DNA of 64,000 bases from an uncultured Bacteroidales bacterium (GTDB taxonomy: Bacteria; Bacteroidota; Bacteroidia; Bacteroidales; UBA11471). This document shows, piece after piece, positions 62,158-64,000 of this stretch (the first letter of the stretch is position 1; each line of letters opens with the position of its first letter). Where the stretch lies: NCBI GenBank assembly GCA_944325415.1, contig CALUZW010000003.1, positions 10,496 to 74,495 on the forward strand. Direction: 5' to 3'. Under the pieces are notes generated by a model. That model searched no databases. It saw only the letters and a list, made by a program, of their open reading frames with translations, and was not told the DNA's origin. The translations under genes and the position numbers were made by a program.

Positions 62158-63252
62158 CTACTCTTCCCAATCCAATGAGGGGCGGCGGCTGCTCTGTCCC
62201 AGATGGTCGAAGTAGAGACCGGTGAGGCGTGCAAAGGCATAGTGTTTCACATCGGCAAACGGCACACGCATATAAGAAGCCAGCCGGGGCGACGCCTTAT
62301 CTATTTCGAGGGTATAAAAGACAGCATGGATAACCCGGTGCGACAGCACATGCCGACGTTCAAAAGGGCGAGCCACCACCTTTACCTCCACCCCATCGAA
62401 AAGACTACGGTAAGAGGCCGTCTGCTGCAACTCCTCCATTGAGAGTGCCCCCTCGCTCTCTATGAGGACAAACTCATAGAGATTGCGCCAGATGTCACGC
62501 TTCTCGCGGCGGGAAATAAACACATCGTCGTCGCAATGTATCACCAGATAGTTGAAATAGCGGGGACGTACCTCGCTCTTACCCTGCTTTACGGGATAAG
62601 CCTCGGGACGTCCCAATGCAGCAGCCTCGCACCACTCCGACAACGGGCACACGGGGCATTGCGGCGAACGGGGCAGGCAGAGCAATGCTCCCAGCTCCAT
62701 GACAGCCTGATTGTACACGTCCGGCCGCCGGCGGTCGAGCCACTCGTCGGCCAAGGCGGCAAACAACTTGTGCCCCGCCGTCGTATCGATGGGCGTGTCG
62801 ATGGCAAAAAGCCGGGAGAAAACACGATACACATTGCCGTCGACCACCGCATGGGGCAACCCGTAGGCAAACGAAGCAATCGCCGCCGCCGTGTAGTCGC
62901 CCACCCCTTTGATGGAGCGTATCCCCTCGTAGGTATCGGGAAAACGTCCGCCGAAATCGTGCATTACCTGCCGGGCGGCGGCGTGCATGTTGCGGGCCCG
63001 GCTGTAATAGCCCAACCCCTCCCAATATTTCAGCACCTCGTCTTCATCGGCATCGGCCAGAGCCGCCACATCGGGAAAACGCGCCACAAAGCGGTTGTAG
63101 TAGTCGAGTCCCTGCGCCACGCGCGTCTGTTGCAAGATAATCTCCGACACCCAAATCAGGTAAGGGTCGGTTGTCTCGCGCCACGGCAGCAGCCGCTTAT
63201 TCTCCTCAAACCACCGTTCCAAGCGGACGGCAAGATGTTTCTTGTCGGACAT
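62158..63252 (-). CDS. mutY: A/G-specific adenine glycosylase
   Basis: LPWR, WVSEIILQQT, WEGLGYYSRARN, VDGNVYRV and Fe-S motif CLPRSPQCPVCPLSEWC. Confidence 0.96.
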   Translation of the reverse strand: MSDKKHLAVRLERWFEENKRLLPWRETTDPYLIWVSEIILQQTRVAQGLDYYNRFVARFPDVAALADADEDEVLKYWEGLGYYSRARNMHAAARQVMHDFGGRFPDTYEGIRSIKGVGDYTAAAIASFAYGLPHAVVDGNVYRVFSRLFAIDTPIDTTAGHKLFAALADEWLDRRRPDVYNQAVMELGALLCLPRSPQCPVCPLSEWCEAAALGRPEAYPVKQGKSEVRPRYFNYLVIHCDDDVFISRREKRDIWRNLYEFVLIESEGALSMEELQQTASYRSLFDGVEVKVVARPFERRHVLSHRVIHAVFYTLEIDKASPRLASYMRVPFADVKHYAFARLTGLYFDHLGQSSRRPSLDWEE

Positions 63253-63502
63253 AGCTATTGATTTTCCTGCAAAAGTAACGAAAGTCAAACGCAAAAATCC
63301 TGCCTGTTCCAGATTTTTACAGCAAAATACCACGCACCTGCGTATCGGCCGGAGAGCCGGGACGTGGGTGCAAGAGTCGCCGCACACTCACAGCCAAAGA
63401 GAGGTGCGCGCCATGGCCACTTCCCCCGCTTACCGAAACAGAAGAGAGCACAACGTCGGCAATTTTTACTAAGTTTGCAGCACAAATACCAACAACTACC
63501 AC

Positions 63503-64000
63503 ATGAAACACACTCTCACCCTTGTACTCCTGCTCGTCGCGCTGGCCGCACCAGCCCGAATCGTAGAAAAGGAAATCCGCAGCGACAAGATGAAGCGCTC
63601 CATCCCCTGCCTTATCGTTCTCCCCGACAACTACGACACTTGCGCCACATACCCTGTCGTCTATCTCCTGCACGGATACGGCGGCAACCAGCGCAGCTGG
63701 ATATACACCAAGCCGTCGCTCAACGAGATAGCCACCCGCGACAGCCTCATTTTCGTATGCCCCAATGGCGAAAGCAGCTGGTACTGGGACAGCCCTACCC
63801 AGCCCCAATCGCAGTTTGAGACCTTTGTCTCGCACGAACTCACCGCCTACATAGACCGTCATTACGCCACACGCGCCTGCCGCGAAGGGCGCGCCATTAC
63901 CGGATTCAGCATGGGCGGACACGGCGGCCTGTGGCTCTCGATGCGGCACCCCGACATTTTCGGGGCAGGAGGCAGCATCAGCGGCGGTGTAGACATTCGG
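63503..64000 (+). CDS. Exported alpha/beta-hydrolase esterase (CE1 / tributyrin esterase-like), partial
   Basis: Manual translation gives MKHTLTLVLLL...YPVVYLLHGYGG...SWYWDSP...RAITGFSMGGHG; runs off the window end. Confidence 0.88.
   Translation, partial: MKHTLTLVLLLVALAAPARIVEKEIRSDKMKRSIPCLIVLPDNYDTCATYPVVYLLHGYGGNQRSWIYTKPSLNEIATRDSLIFVCPNGESSWYWDSPTQPQSQFETFVSHELTAYIDRHYATRACREGRAITGFSMGGHGGLWLSMRHPDIFGAGGSISGGVDIR

Overview
Core-chromosome segment of a Bacteroidales bacterium, probably a gut anaerobe. This is inferred from TAnnTTTG promoters, SusC/SusD genes, the atpD-first ATP synthase order and the lpxK-PNP-thiL and DUF3822-rsmD gene order. No rRNA, tRNA, CRISPR array, integrase or transposase was recognised. 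The most striking feature is a complete F1Fo ATP synthase operon (atpDCBEFHAG) nested inside an 11-subunit complex I-like operon, between nuoH and nuoI (8.5-25.3 kb, all on the minus strand). A TonB-dependent transporter / beta-helix lipoprotein / acid phosphatase operon sits behind six Pho-box-like heptamers with exact 11-bp periodicity, and the same promoter architecture recurs in front of a candidate sRNA. Of three candidate intergenic sRNAs, two carry segments complementary to the 5' end of the third. A non-CAZyme SusC/SusD locus is bracketed by two thioredoxin-fold proteins with Met-rich tails. Smaller items are tandem DUF5041 and TlpA paralog pairs, an orphan HsmA-like protein, an HxlR redox module with a clear operator and two dehydrogenase homologues lacking catalytic residues. 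All calls come from reading motifs by eye; no database search was run.
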